From: Candidatus Iainarchaeum sp.
GTDB lineage: Archaea; Iainarchaeota; Iainarchaeia; Iainarchaeales; CSSED10-239
Assembly (NCBI GenBank): GCA_037441475.1
Contig: JBBISB010000002.1
Coordinates: forward strand, 30,001-62,000
Length of the DNA: 32,000 bases
Reading direction: 5' to 3'
Both the position numbers and the translations under genes were made by a program. Shown piece after piece: positions 18,247-27,662 of the stretch. The notes under the pieces were generated by a model. It was not told the DNA's origin. It did no database searches and saw nothing but the letters and a program-made list of their open reading frames with translations. Each line of letters begins with the position of its first letter. Position 1 is the stretch's first letter.

Positions 18247-20881
18247 ACTCTTCATGCCAGAACTTCTTATGCTTGTTAATGTATTTTAAAACATCAAAGA
18301 TTAAGATAAATAACAAACCAATACCTAAAGCTATAAACCACTCAACAGCAGTTAATGGAACAGTATCAAAGGCCTTGTTTAAAGGAGAATAAACAATTAT
18401 TATGGTTGCAACTATTGATACTAGGGATGCAAAGAAAAGAGGTTTATTTACAAAAATCGATCTTCTTAAAACCCCTTTTCTAAAAGACCTAAAGACAAAG
18501 GCACCAAATATCTGTAAAAAGATTAAAGTTACAAGAGCGGTTGTTGCTGCATGTGCATAATCAAGAGATAAAACATTATAGGTTATATAGTAGACAAGAA
18601 GAGTGAAAAATGTCATTAAGATACCAGAAAAGAAAAGTAACTTTAAGATATTCTTTGTAAAGATAGATGTTTTTCTTTTTGGTTTTTCATTCATTATATC
18701 GTTTGAAGAATGGTTAAAGCCTAAGGCTATAGCTGGGATATTATCAGTAACAATATTCATAAACAAGATTTGTAAAGGTAGAAGTAAAGGTATTGCCCAT
18801 CCAAAGTTAGAGGCTATTAAAACACCTATAAATATAATCATTATCTGTGAAAAATTACAAGAGATTTGATATGTCATAAACTTTCTTATGTTTGCAAAAA
18901 TTGTTCTTCCTTCTTTTATAGCATGAACAATGGTTGCAAAATTATCGTCCTTTAAGGTTAAATCTGCAACAGATCTTGAAACATCTGTTCCTGTAATACC
19001 CATGGCAACACCTATGTGTGCTTCTTTTAAGGCAGGAGCATCGTTAACACCATCCCCTGTCATAGTAACAATTTCACCATTATTCTTTAAAGCTTTAACA
19101 ATTCTAAGCTTATGTTCAGGCCTTACTCTTGCAAAGATAGAAACATCATTAATTATTTTTGAAAGTTCATCATCTGTAAGTTCATCAATCTGGAAGCCTT
19201 CTAAAACCTTACCTTCATCAAGAGCAATTTCTTTTGCAATTGCAACTGCAGTTTCTTTGTTATCTCCAGTTATCATTTTAACTTTAATACCAGCTCTTCT
19301 ACAAAGAGAGATTGTTTCTTTAACCTCTTCTCTTGGTGGATCTTCCATTCCAACAAAACCAATGAAGGTTAAATCTGAATCTATGATGTTTAAATCTTTA
19401 TCTTTATAGGCAAAAGCTAATGTTCTTAAGGCTCTTTTCGTCATCTCTTGGTTTTCAGCTAATATTTTTTTAATATCATTTTCTGTAATCTTTAAAACTT
19501 TTCCTTTCTTTAAGATATGTGTACAGTTTTTTAGAACATACTCTAAGGCACCCTTAACATACACTTCTTTTTTATCATAATGAGAAATTAAAACACTCAT
19601 CATTTTTCTTTCTGAAGAAAAAGGAATTTCTTCTTCTCTTGAGATATTAAAATCTTCTTTATAGATATTTGCTTTAGAAGCTAAGACTAAAAGAGCTGCT
19701 TCTGTTGGAGTTCCGGTTATTTTAAAGTTATTTTCATTTTTAATTTCAGAGATGAATGAATCATTACAAAGAACAGCTGATTTAAGAAGAACAGTTAAAT
19801 CTCTATTATCTTTTGGGTTTATTACTTTTTTATTTAAAGAAATTTCTCCATGTTTTTCAAAACCAACACCAGAGATGTCAAATATTTTATTATCAAGATA
19901 TATTTTTTTAACAGTCATTTCTCCTTTTGTAATTGTTCCTGTTTTATCTGAACAAATAACTGTTGTTTCCCCTAAGGTTTCAATGATTGACATTCTGCTT
20001 ACAACTGCATTCTTTTTTGCCATCCTGTGTGCACCTGCAGAAAGAGTGGTTACTAGAACAACAGGAAGCCCTTCTGGAAAGGAAGCAACAGAAGTTGCAA
20101 TAACTAAAATGATTACATCAATGATTAGCTCTCTTGTTATAAAAGGAGCTTTTAATAAAACTAAGATACCAGTTATTATTGCTAAAGATAAACCAATGAA
20201 TGCTAAAAATTTGGTTATTTTATTTATTTTTTTTTGTAAAGGAAGTTCTTTTTCAGAACCAGAGATTAATTTTGCAACCTTTCCAAACCTAGTGTTCATG
20301 CCTGTGTGTGTAACTTTTAAAATAGCTTTTCCTGAAACTACAAAAGATCCCATAAACACCTTACTATCTTCTAAGATATTATTATCATCTATGGAAATAA
20401 CTTTTCTAACTTCTTTTGATTCTCCGGTTAATATGGATTCATTTAAAGAGATTTGTTTTTCTTCTAAAAGATAACCATCAGCAGGAACTCTTTCTCCATT
20501 CCTTAAGATTATTATGTCTCCAGGAACTATTTCTGTTGAAGGAATTTCTATTTCCTTAGAATCTCTTATAACTAAGGAAATGGGGGTTATCATTTTCTTA
20601 AGAGCAGCAACTGCTTTTTCAGCCTTGTACTCTTGAAAGAAACCAACACCTACAACTAAGAGGATAACTACTATTATTGTATAACCAGTTGCTATTTTTC
20701 CTACTAAAAAGGATAGAAAGGAGGCTGCTATTAAAAGATAAACAATAAAGTTTGATTTAACTTGTCTTAAGAGAACATCGTACCACTGGACCTTATTTAT
20801 TTCTATGATTTCATTTAAACCGTATTTTTGCAAATTTTCTTTTGCTTCCTTTATAGTTAACCCTGTATATTTCATAAACAT
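18242..20881 (-). CDS. P-type (P2-class, Ca2+-type) cation-transporting ATPase
   Basis: TGES, ATSVASFPEGLPVVLVTTLS, CSDKTGTITKGEMT, MITGDNKETA, MTGDGVNDAPALKEAHIGVAMG; ten-TM-like layout. Confidence 0.92.
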   Translation of the reverse strand: MFMKYTGLTIKEAKENLQKYGLNEIIEINKVQWYDVLLRQVKSNFIVYLLIAASFLSFLVGKIATGYTIIVVILLVVGVGFFQEYKAEKAVAALKKMITPISLVIRDSKEIEIPSTEIVPGDIIILRNGERVPADGYLLEEKQISLNESILTGESKEVRKVISIDDNNILEDSKVFMGSFVVSGKAILKVTHTGMNTRFGKVAKLISGSEKELPLQKKINKITKFLAFIGLSLAIITGILVLLKAPFITRELIIDVIILVIATSVASFPEGLPVVLVTTLSAGAHRMAKKNAVVSRMSIIETLGETTVICSDKTGTITKGEMTVKKIYLDNKIFDISGVGFEKHGEISLNKKVINPKDNRDLTVLLKSAVLCNDSFISEIKNENNFKITGTPTEAALLVLASKANIYKEDFNISREEEIPFSSERKMMSVLISHYDKKEVYVKGALEYVLKNCTHILKKGKVLKITENDIKKILAENQEMTKRALRTLAFAYKDKDLNIIDSDLTFIGFVGMEDPPREEVKETISLCRRAGIKVKMITGDNKETAVAIAKEIALDEGKVLEGFQIDELTDDELSKIINDVSIFARVRPEHKLRIVKALKNNGEIVTMTGDGVNDAPALKEAHIGVAMGITGTDVSRSVADLTLKDDNFATIVHAIKEGRTIFANIRKFMTYQISCNFSQIMIIFIGVLIASNFGWAIPLLLPLQILFMNIVTDNIPAIALGFNHSSNDIMNEKPKRKTSIFTKNILKLLFFSGILMTFFTLLVYYITYNVLSLDYAHAATTALVTLIFLQIFGAFVFRSFRKGVLRRSIFVNKPLFFASLVSIVATIIIVYSPLNKAFDTVPLTAVEWFIALGIGLLFILIFDVLKYINKHKKFWHEES

Positions 20882-21007
20882 CTTTATTAAAAATAAGTAA
20901 ATATAATATATATTGTATATTATATTTATAAAGATATCTTTTAAAAATATAAAAAAATTAATTATATATAATTAAAATTTAAAAAATATTGAACTTTTTT
21001 AAAAATA

Positions 21008-22708
21008 TTAAACATCTTCAAAATCAAGTTCTTCTCTGTTTTCAAAAGAGGAAATATGTTTAAACTTCTCTTCCATATACTTTTTAGTATTAAAACCATA
21101 CTTTTCAACTAACACAGATATATGCTCTCCACCTAAAAGATCTGGCATAATAACATGTGTTGCCCCTTCTTTATACAAGTCAAAGGTATTTGGGACATTA
21201 TCTGAAGTAACAATAATTATCATATTTTTGTTTATTTCTTTTATTTTATTAATAAACATAATATTTGATTCATAGCTTGAAATTATAGATATAACCATCT
21301 TTGTATTGTTTAAATCAAGGTCCTCTAAAAGTTCCATGTTTGTAACATCTCCATAAAGGCATGGCACTTTTCTTTTAGATAACTTTTGAATGGTTAAAGG
21401 GTTATAATCAACTATTATAAACTTAATGTTATGTGTTTTAAAATATTTTAAAAGATCATGACCAACTCTATCGTAACCAAAAATGACTACATCATGAGGA
21501 GTATCTTGATTGTAAGAAACATCATCTACTTTTTGTCCTTTTCTTTCAAAGATTAAAAGATACTTAGATATCCTAGGATAGATTTTATCAGCGTAGATAA
21601 TCATGTAACTTGAACCAGCCATTGTTATTAAACCAACTGCAGTAACTAAAGAAAGAATAGAGGAATCTACGTGGCCAACAGAAACAGCTAAAGCAACTAA
21701 GATTAAAGAAAACTCACTTATTTGTGCAACTGTTAAACCTGCTAAAAAACCATTCCTTCTTGAGTAACCTAGTTTACCCATTAAGATAATAACAACTAAA
21801 GGATTACCTATTAAAACAAACAAAGATAAAATAATGATTGGCCAAATATATAGGCTTACACTTGAAAAATTCATTTGGTAGCCTAAGAAAATAAAAAAGA
21901 TTACAATAAAGAAATCTCTTATAGGTCTCATTCTTGAACTAATCTCATGCCTGTAAGGAGACATTGAAAGAGTCATTCCTGCTAAAAAGGCACCAACTTC
22001 AATTGAGAAGTCAAAGAAATAAAATAATGAAGAGAGAATTAATGCCCAACTTATGGAAAAAAGAATTAAAAGTTCTGGAGACTTTGCTAAGAATTTTGTA
22101 AACTTTGGTAAAACATAAAAACCTATTAAAAAGACAATGATAACAAGTAATAAACCAAATAAGATTGTTAAAAGAATATCTATGATTATGTTTGAACCTT
22201 CAGCACCTGCACTAGAAGAAACAATCATTAATATTAGGATTGCTAGAATATCTTGGACTATTAAAAAACCAATAGATATTTTTCCATAAAGTCTATTTGT
22301 ATCTCCTCTATCTGAAAGTAGTTTCATTATTATTATTGTACTACTAAAAGTTAAGGCAATTGCAATGTAGATTGAAACTATGGTTGAAAAACCTAAAAGT
22401 TTAGATATTAGAAAACCAATAACAGAGGTGAAAATAACTTGCCCTAAACCTGTTATTAATGAAACCTTTCCAACTTCTTTTATTATCTTTGGGTTTAAAT
22501 GAAGACCAACAACAAATAAAAGAAGAGCAATACCAATTTCTGCAAATAACTTAATGATGTTAACATCTGTTAAAATATTTAAAGCTGCGATAACAATTCC
22601 TGTGAAGATATACCCTATTAACAGAGGTTGTTTTAACTTTTGCATTATAAGACCAACTAAGGTTGCAATTCCAATAATTAGGGCAATTTCAAAGAATATT
22701 TGTATCAT
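21008..22708 (-). CDS. Kef-type cation:proton antiporter (CPA2) with C-terminal TrkA-N domain
   Basis: LLLFVVGLHLNP, VSTIVSIYIAIALTFSSTIIIMKLLSD, AGMTLS.SPYRHEI, C-terminal FGYDRVGHDLLKYFKTHNIKFIIVDYNPL..LYGDVTNMELLE. Confidence 0.9.
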   Translation of the reverse strand: MIQIFFEIALIIGIATLVGLIMQKLKQPLLIGYIFTGIVIAALNILTDVNIIKLFAEIGIALLLFVVGLHLNPKIIKEVGKVSLITGLGQVIFTSVIGFLISKLLGFSTIVSIYIAIALTFSSTIIIMKLLSDRGDTNRLYGKISIGFLIVQDILAILILMIVSSSAGAEGSNIIIDILLTILFGLLLVIIVFLIGFYVLPKFTKFLAKSPELLILFSISWALILSSLFYFFDFSIEVGAFLAGMTLSMSPYRHEISSRMRPIRDFFIVIFFIFLGYQMNFSSVSLYIWPIIILSLFVLIGNPLVVIILMGKLGYSRRNGFLAGLTVAQISEFSLILVALAVSVGHVDSSILSLVTAVGLITMAGSSYMIIYADKIYPRISKYLLIFERKGQKVDDVSYNQDTPHDVVIFGYDRVGHDLLKYFKTHNIKFIIVDYNPLTIQKLSKRKVPCLYGDVTNMELLEDLDLNNTKMVISIISSYESNIMFINKIKEINKNMIIIVTSDNVPNTFDLYKEGATHVIMPDLLGGEHISVLVEKYGFNTKKYMEEKFKHISSFENREELDFEDV

Positions 22709-22848
22709 TTGTTATCTCTTTTATTTATAATAAATTTATGATATTTAAAATATATTTATTATAATAGAAATTATAGAGTAAAACATTTAAAAACAGAACT
22801 ACTTTATTTGAAGTTATTACTTATTATCAGAAGAAACTACAATTAAGA

Positions 22849-23484
22849 TTATATTTTTTTCTTTTTTTCATTCTTAAAAAAATAAAGGTTAGAATAGTAA
22901 AGATATATACCAAAGAATAATATTGAAAAACCTAAAAAATAACCAGCTAAGACATCTGTAAACCAATGGATATTAATAATTATTCTTGAAAGACCTATTA
23001 AAGATAAGAACAATAAAGAAAGATAACTTATAAATTTATTTTTATTCCAGAAAAACCAGAAAATAAAACCGAAAAGAACCACTCCCATTGTAGCATGCCC
23101 ACTTGGAAAGCTTAAAGTGGTTAGATAAAGATTATCTGGTCTTAGTCTTCCTATAACATGTTTTAAAGAATATACTATTATTAAATCTAAAGAGACTAGA
23201 AAATAAAGAAGTTTAATCTCTTTAAAATAATTATTTAGATAAAGATAGAAAGATAAAACTAAAACTATGATTAAAACACCATAAACAGAACCAATAGCTG
23301 AAATTACTTTTGAAAAATTATAAGTAAAGGTGTTTATTAGATCATAGGAGTTATTACTTATTAAAAAATCTAAAGAGTATGTTAAGTTTGTTTTAAATAA
23401 AAGTAAAACAATTATAAATAAAGCTAGGAAAAAGAGAGATATATAAAAATATTTCTTATTTATAGATTTAGTCATGAGAATCAA
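22849..23484 (-). CDS. PAP2-superfamily membrane phosphatase
   Basis: KHVIGRLRP, SFPSGHA, SRIIINIHWFTDVLAG phosphatase motifs. Confidence 0.9.
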   Translation of the reverse strand: MILMTKSINKKYFYISLFFLALFIIVLLLFKTNLTYSLDFLISNNSYDLINTFTYNFSKVISAIGSVYGVLIIVLVLSFYLYLNNYFKEIKLLYFLVSLDLIIVYSLKHVIGRLRPDNLYLTTLSFPSGHATMGVVLFGFIFWFFWNKNKFISYLSLLFLSLIGLSRIIINIHWFTDVLAGYFLGFSILFFGIYLYYSNLYFFKNEKKKKI

Positions 23485-23639
23485 ATTTAGTCTATGATTA
23501 AAGAATATATAATCAAAATATTTTTAAAACTTATTAAATTAATTTTTAATTTCTACATTAAAGAAAAACTAAAAAATATGATTTAAATTAAAATTTTTTA
23601 AAAAAATAAAAATAGCTAATAAAATACTCAAAGAGTTAG

Positions 23640-23712
23640 TGCCTCGAGCCAGATTTGAACTGGCGATCTCCAGATTATGAGTCTGGAATTCTAACCGCTA
23701 AACTACCGAGGC
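23640..23712 (-). tRNA. tRNA with CAU anticodon (elongator Met most likely; Ile2 not excluded)
   Basis: GCCTCGG/TCGAGGC acceptor, CCAGA-CTCATAA-TCTGG anticodon arm, GCCAG-TTCAAAT-CTGGC T arm, A discriminator, no CCA. Confidence 0.92.
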
Positions 23713-23832
23713 AAAAAATCTTTTTTAAAAAATAATGATTTTTTTAAAAAAATATATTATATTTACTATATATATTTATGAAACATTTTATTTATATATA
23801 TATTCTTTTTCTAAAAAAAATAAGATAATTAA

Positions 23833-24501
23833 CTACTCTCTTTTTCTTACAGAAACAGTTTCCTTCTCAGGGTCATAAATAATGATTGTATCTAAAAGAC
23901 CTAAAAAAACACCAGTTTCTAAAACACCAGGAATGTTTCTTACAGAGTACTCAAAGTCATCTAAAGTTATGTTTTTATCAAGCTTTATTCTTACAAGAAA
24001 ATGACCTATCTCAGTTTTAATAAACTCAGAGTTTTCATCATAAAGAACCTGTGCCATACCAAAGCTTTGAAGATGAATAACTGTTCTTTGCCATGCAAAA
24101 GTTGAAATCTCAACACAAACATCAGAGGTTATCTCAGGAACATACTTTTTAGTATTAGTTAAAACAACAAGCTTTAAAGCAGACTGAGAAATCATTTTGT
24201 CTCTTATGAAAGAATTTGTTTTAATCTTAATGAAGTTATTAAAATAATCAACTTGATCTGCAAGCTCTAAGGCAACATCAATCTCCTTATCATTTAAGGA
24301 AACCATTTTTTGAGAAAGAGATGTATAGTGCTTAGCTTGCTTAGCATTTACTGCTATATAATAAAGATTAATGTTTTCTTTTTTTGAAAGGTCTACAAGT
24401 AAAGAAATAAACTCTAAGTCTTTTGAAAAAGGAGCAATAGCTATGACATTGTTGTTTTTAACTTCTTTAAAAAACTCAGTTAATATCAAAGGTAAGTTCA
24501 T
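23833..24501 (-). CDS. Ribose-5-phosphate isomerase A-family protein with altered catalytic motifs
   Basis: Alignable C-terminal half (ISQSALKLVVLTNTKKYV, VCVEISTFAWQRTVIHLQ, IPGVLETGVFLGLLDTIII) but the DGADE, KGGGA and TDNGN regions are diverged. Confidence 0.7.
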   Translation of the reverse strand: MNLPLILTEFFKEVKNNNVIAIAPFSKDLEFISLLVDLSKKENINLYYIAVNAKQAKHYTSLSQKMVSLNDKEIDVALELADQVDYFNNFIKIKTNSFIRDKMISQSALKLVVLTNTKKYVPEITSDVCVEISTFAWQRTVIHLQSFGMAQVLYDENSEFIKTEIGHFLVRIKLDKNITLDDFEYSVRNIPGVLETGVFLGLLDTIIIYDPEKETVSVRKRE

Positions 24502-24572
24502 ATTTATTCCTAATGCTTGAAAAGTATTAAAAGACTATGGGTTTTAAAAGACTAACATACAAATATATATTA

Positions 24573-24633
24573 GGCAATGATGATATTGAACACCTGCTGA
24601 CTTAACTATGATGATAGATGGGCGGGCTGAGCC
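24573..24633 (+). ncRNA. C/D box (sno-like) sRNA, dual guide; predicted targets 23S U2552 and 16S C1402 equivalents
   Basis: C box ATGATGA 24577-24583; guide; D' CTGA 24597-24600; spacer CTTAACT; C' ATGATGA 24608-24614; 12-nt guide TAGATGGGCGGG; D box CTGA 24627-24630; terminal GGC/GCC. D' guide core TGAACACCT matches the plus strand of the 23S gene at 28996-29004. Confidence 0.92.
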
Positions 24634-24639
24634 ATTTAA

Positions 24640-24879
24640 CTAATTTTGTTTTGTTTTAAGAACAATTTTTTCTTCTTTATATAAAACCTTCTTTTCTTCT
24701 TCTAAAAGAAAGATTCTTTTATTTAAAACATCTATCTTTGAGTTTAGAACATCAAACTTAGCATCGTATGATGAAAAGTTAAAAGCTCTTTGTTTTCTTA
24801 CTACTATGTAAGATAATAAGATATTACCTATAAAGAAAATAATTATAAAAACTACTAAAATAATTGTAAAGACATCCAT
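24640..24879 (-). CDS. Small single-TM protein with coiled-coil tail, unknown function
   Basis: MDVFTIILVVFIIIFFIGNILLSYIVV followed by DAKFDVLNSKIDVLNKRIFLLEEEKKVL. Confidence 0.6.
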   Translation of the reverse strand: MDVFTIILVVFIIIFFIGNILLSYIVVRKQRAFNFSSYDAKFDVLNSKIDVLNKRIFLLEEEKKVLYKEEKIVLKTKQN

Positions 24880-24937
24880 ATTTTATTTCACACTCTTTTT
24901 TTTTGTTTTAAGATATTTTTTTAAAAATACTTTAAAT

Positions 24938-25765
24938 TTATAACAACTGATAAGTTTCTTTTCTCTTCTCTATAATTAAACCCTCTTCCTTTAAAATTTC
25001 AATAACAACCTTTAAAGCCTGTTTTTGAAAAGTTGTTTTTTCTATTAAAAAATCAATAGAGAAGGAATCCTTAAGGTTAAGAGAAAAAATAAGATCCCTT
25101 ATCTTTGTAAATAAAAGTTTATTAATAACATAATAATTTCCATCAAAAGACTTGATGCCTAAGATATCACCAGCCTTAATCTGTGCTTCATAGCTTGAAG
25201 AAAACTGTTTTGCATCCTCTGGTTTGTTTAAGATAATGTATTTTTCTGTATCAAAGAATGAAAAATCTGCCGTCTGTTCTTTAGAAGGAAGACTTGAGGG
25301 TTTATTAAAAGAAGCCATTTGATAAACACCTTTCTTATATTTATCAGAGAGCTTAAAAACCTCAACTTCTTTGTTTAACAGCATCTCCTTAAAGACAGAA
25401 AGATCCTCTTTGTTTAAAAGAGTTTCAAAAGAACCTTCAACCTTGTCTTGGAAGGTAAGGTTTTTATCATTTAAGAGAGTGGCTATCTTGTTTTTAACTA
25501 AATCTTTTGCATCTTTGAAAGATGTTTTAATAATTGAAGAGGGTTTAATCAAAGGCTTTTCTTTTTCAATAACTTTTTCTTTTTCATAAACCTTAGGCTT
25601 TTCAATAGTTTTTTCTTCTGTTTTCTCTCTTAAAGAAAATAAAACTTCATTAACAGATATTCTATTAACATCTAAAACCTTGTTTAGGTATTGTTCAAGA
25701 TTTCTTTCTTCCTCTAAATTATCAACATTTAGAAAATAAGTTTTATTTTTTTTTACAATCTTCAT
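24938..25765 (-). CDS. Uncharacterised protein with probable C-terminal winged helix
   Basis: C-term SFSIDFLIEKTTFQKQALKVVIEILKEEGLIIEKRKETYQLL resembles a wHTH; upstream charged linker. Confidence 0.6.
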   Translation of the reverse strand: MKIVKKNKTYFLNVDNLEEERNLEQYLNKVLDVNRISVNEVLFSLREKTEEKTIEKPKVYEKEKVIEKEKPLIKPSSIIKTSFKDAKDLVKNKIATLLNDKNLTFQDKVEGSFETLLNKEDLSVFKEMLLNKEVEVFKLSDKYKKGVYQMASFNKPSSLPSKEQTADFSFFDTEKYIILNKPEDAKQFSSSYEAQIKAGDILGIKSFDGNYYVINKLLFTKIRDLIFSLNLKDSFSIDFLIEKTTFQKQALKVVIEILKEEGLIIEKRKETYQLL

Positions 25766-25799
25766 AAGTTACTTCATTTTAAATTTATTATACAAAAAA

Positions 25800-26468
25800 C
25801 TATAGATTATCAATATACTCATTAATCTCTTCAAAAGAAACTGAACAACCTTTAAATTTAAGAGCATATAAAGCACCCTTTAGGTTTTGTTTATCTTTAA
25901 AGATAGGAGATAATAATCCTTTTTTATAGGCATACACAAGAAGATCAACAGACCTTATAAGGTTTACATTTCCTATAATCTCTCTAAACCTTATATACTT
26001 CTGTTCATCAATATGCACTTTACCAGTATTATATTTTCTTTTAAAAATATCTAAAAGAGCATGAGGTTGTTCTATAAGCATTCTTGTAGTTCTTTCATCA
26101 ACAGCTAAAAAAGATGCATCTGTTAGGCCTAAAAGAGCCAAAGACTCAGCTTCCCCTATCTGTATTATCTTTATAGGGTTTCCTCTTACATAAAACATGT
26201 TGTTTGTAAGATACATTATCTTGTTTGTAGTTTCATCTAAGGCTTTATCACCATTGTAAACATCAAAAATATGTGTGGATATATCCTCTTCTATCCTTGC
26301 TGAGCTTAATTTAAATCTCATTACATCTTTAACCTTATCAATACATTCAAACTTAACGTTCTTTGTTATTACAAAGTCACCCATGTTCTCTTTTAGATCT
26401 TTAAATAAAGGTAAAAAACAAGTTTCAGAAAAACTAATAATAACCCCTGAATCAAAAACAATTTTCAT
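25800..26468 (-). CDS. PIN-like domain protein
   Basis: MKIVFDSGVIISF start, IGEAESLALLGL and FLAVDERTTR acidic positions arranged as in PIN domains. Confidence 0.65.
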   Translation of the reverse strand: MKIVFDSGVIISFSETCFLPLFKDLKENMGDFVITKNVKFECIDKVKDVMRFKLSSARIEEDISTHIFDVYNGDKALDETTNKIMYLTNNMFYVRGNPIKIIQIGEAESLALLGLTDASFLAVDERTTRMLIEQPHALLDIFKRKYNTGKVHIDEQKYIRFREIIGNVNLIRSVDLLVYAYKKGLLSPIFKDKQNLKGALYALKFKGCSVSFEEINEYIDNL

Positions 26469-27055
26469 TTGTTATTACCTCCCTTGTCTTTCTCAACCAT
26501 TATATCTAAAAGATGTACTCTTTCGCTTATACTCTTAAAATGCTTGTCCTCGTCTGGCATTTTTGTAATACCAACATATGACATTAACTGTTTTTTTGAT
26601 ATTGAAAGAAGGTCAGAGGCTTGAGAGGCTGAAAGACCATAGGCATAAGCAGTGGAGGCAAGCTTTATTCTTCCATCATCAATAACTATGCTTACATATC
26701 TTCCAAGCTCATGATCTGCTTGTTTAATTATTTCAATTGTGTTTTTTATATAGTTGTTAAACTTACTTGTATCTTCTTCCTTATAGACCTTTAAGGCAGA
26801 TTCTAGGTTTTGGATAATTGCTCTCTTATAGGTTATCCAGGAGTCTGCTTGAGAGATATGTTTTTTAGAGATTAATTTTCTTAGACCATAGATTAAAACA
26901 CAAACTTCAGAGATGTCTTTATTAAAAGTGATAACTGCTTGCTCTAAGGTATTGTTCTCTATTAAATGTAAAGACTCATAATTGTTTTTATCTAAGAAGA
27001 CAATTGTTGATTTTACAATATCTGGTAATTTAAAAGTTTCAATATCTTGTTCCAT
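26465..27055 (-). CDS. Uncharacterised protein with probable C-terminal HTH, translationally coupled to the PIN-like gene
   Basis: LASTAYAYGLSASQASDLLSISKKQLMSYVG HTH-like segment; 4-nt ATGA overlap with the next gene. Confidence 0.6.
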   Translation of the reverse strand: MEQDIETFKLPDIVKSTIVFLDKNNYESLHLIENNTLEQAVITFNKDISEVCVLIYGLRKLISKKHISQADSWITYKRAIIQNLESALKVYKEEDTSKFNNYIKNTIEIIKQADHELGRYVSIVIDDGRIKLASTAYAYGLSASQASDLLSISKKQLMSYVGITKMPDEDKHFKSISERVHLLDIMVEKDKGGNNK

Positions 27056-27173
27056 ATCTAAATCTTTCCTTTAAAGAGGATTGGTTTGTAAAGTATATGT
27101 ATAAAATACATATAAATATATAAAACAAAAGATATTTATAATATATTATCTATAGATAATAATAGGTGGAGAT

Positions 27174-27662
27174 ATGGGACTTTATAAAGAAAACAAATTT
27201 CAAAGAATTTTTGAAAATAAAAACATCTGGATAATTGTGGGTATCATTATAGGAATAGCCATCTTAGGGTATCTTTCAACACTTATTAATTGGGGTGGGA
27301 TGTTTGAAAAAGAAAATATTAGGGTAAGATTTACTGAAAGTCCATTAGACCTTTCAAAGAAAGATAATACCTTAATGGAGATTACAGTTTTCAATAACAC
27401 AGAGAATGATTTAGATAACCTTGAAGTAAAGGTAAAAGATGTAGAAAACACATTTATTGTTTTTTGTCCTGACGCGCATGGAGAAGATAAAACAATGGTT
27501 AGTATACCAAAAGTTGCTGCTGGTAACCAAAGAATAGTTACTTGTAACATAAGGTATGATAAGACAAAAGATTTTTTCCAAGGAACATATAGTTTTGATA
27601 TTGAATATTATATAGAAGATACAATATTTACAAAAAGGGTTAACTTAGAAGTTAGAAGGTGA
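27174..27662 (+). CDS. Membrane-anchored protein with extracytoplasmic beta-sandwich-like domain
   Basis: TM NIWIIVGIIIGIAILGYLSTLI, then MEITVFNNTENDLDNLEVKVKD...VAAGNQRIVTCNIRY. Confidence 0.6.
   Translation: MGLYKENKFQRIFENKNIWIIVGIIIGIAILGYLSTLINWGGMFEKENIRVRFTESPLDLSKKDNTLMEITVFNNTENDLDNLEVKVKDVENTFIVFCPDAHGEDKTMVSIPKVAAGNQRIVTCNIRYDKTKDFFQGTYSFDIEYYIEDTIFTKRVNLEVRR

Noticed and set aside
13300-20474. Many plus-strand ORFs (14026, 14443, 15250, 16498, 17002, 17650, 18603, 18930, 19752) within smc, serS and the ATPase
   Set aside because: Antisense shadows of long, well-supported genes, rich in Ser/Leu/Phe as expected from reverse-complemented K/E-rich coding sequence.
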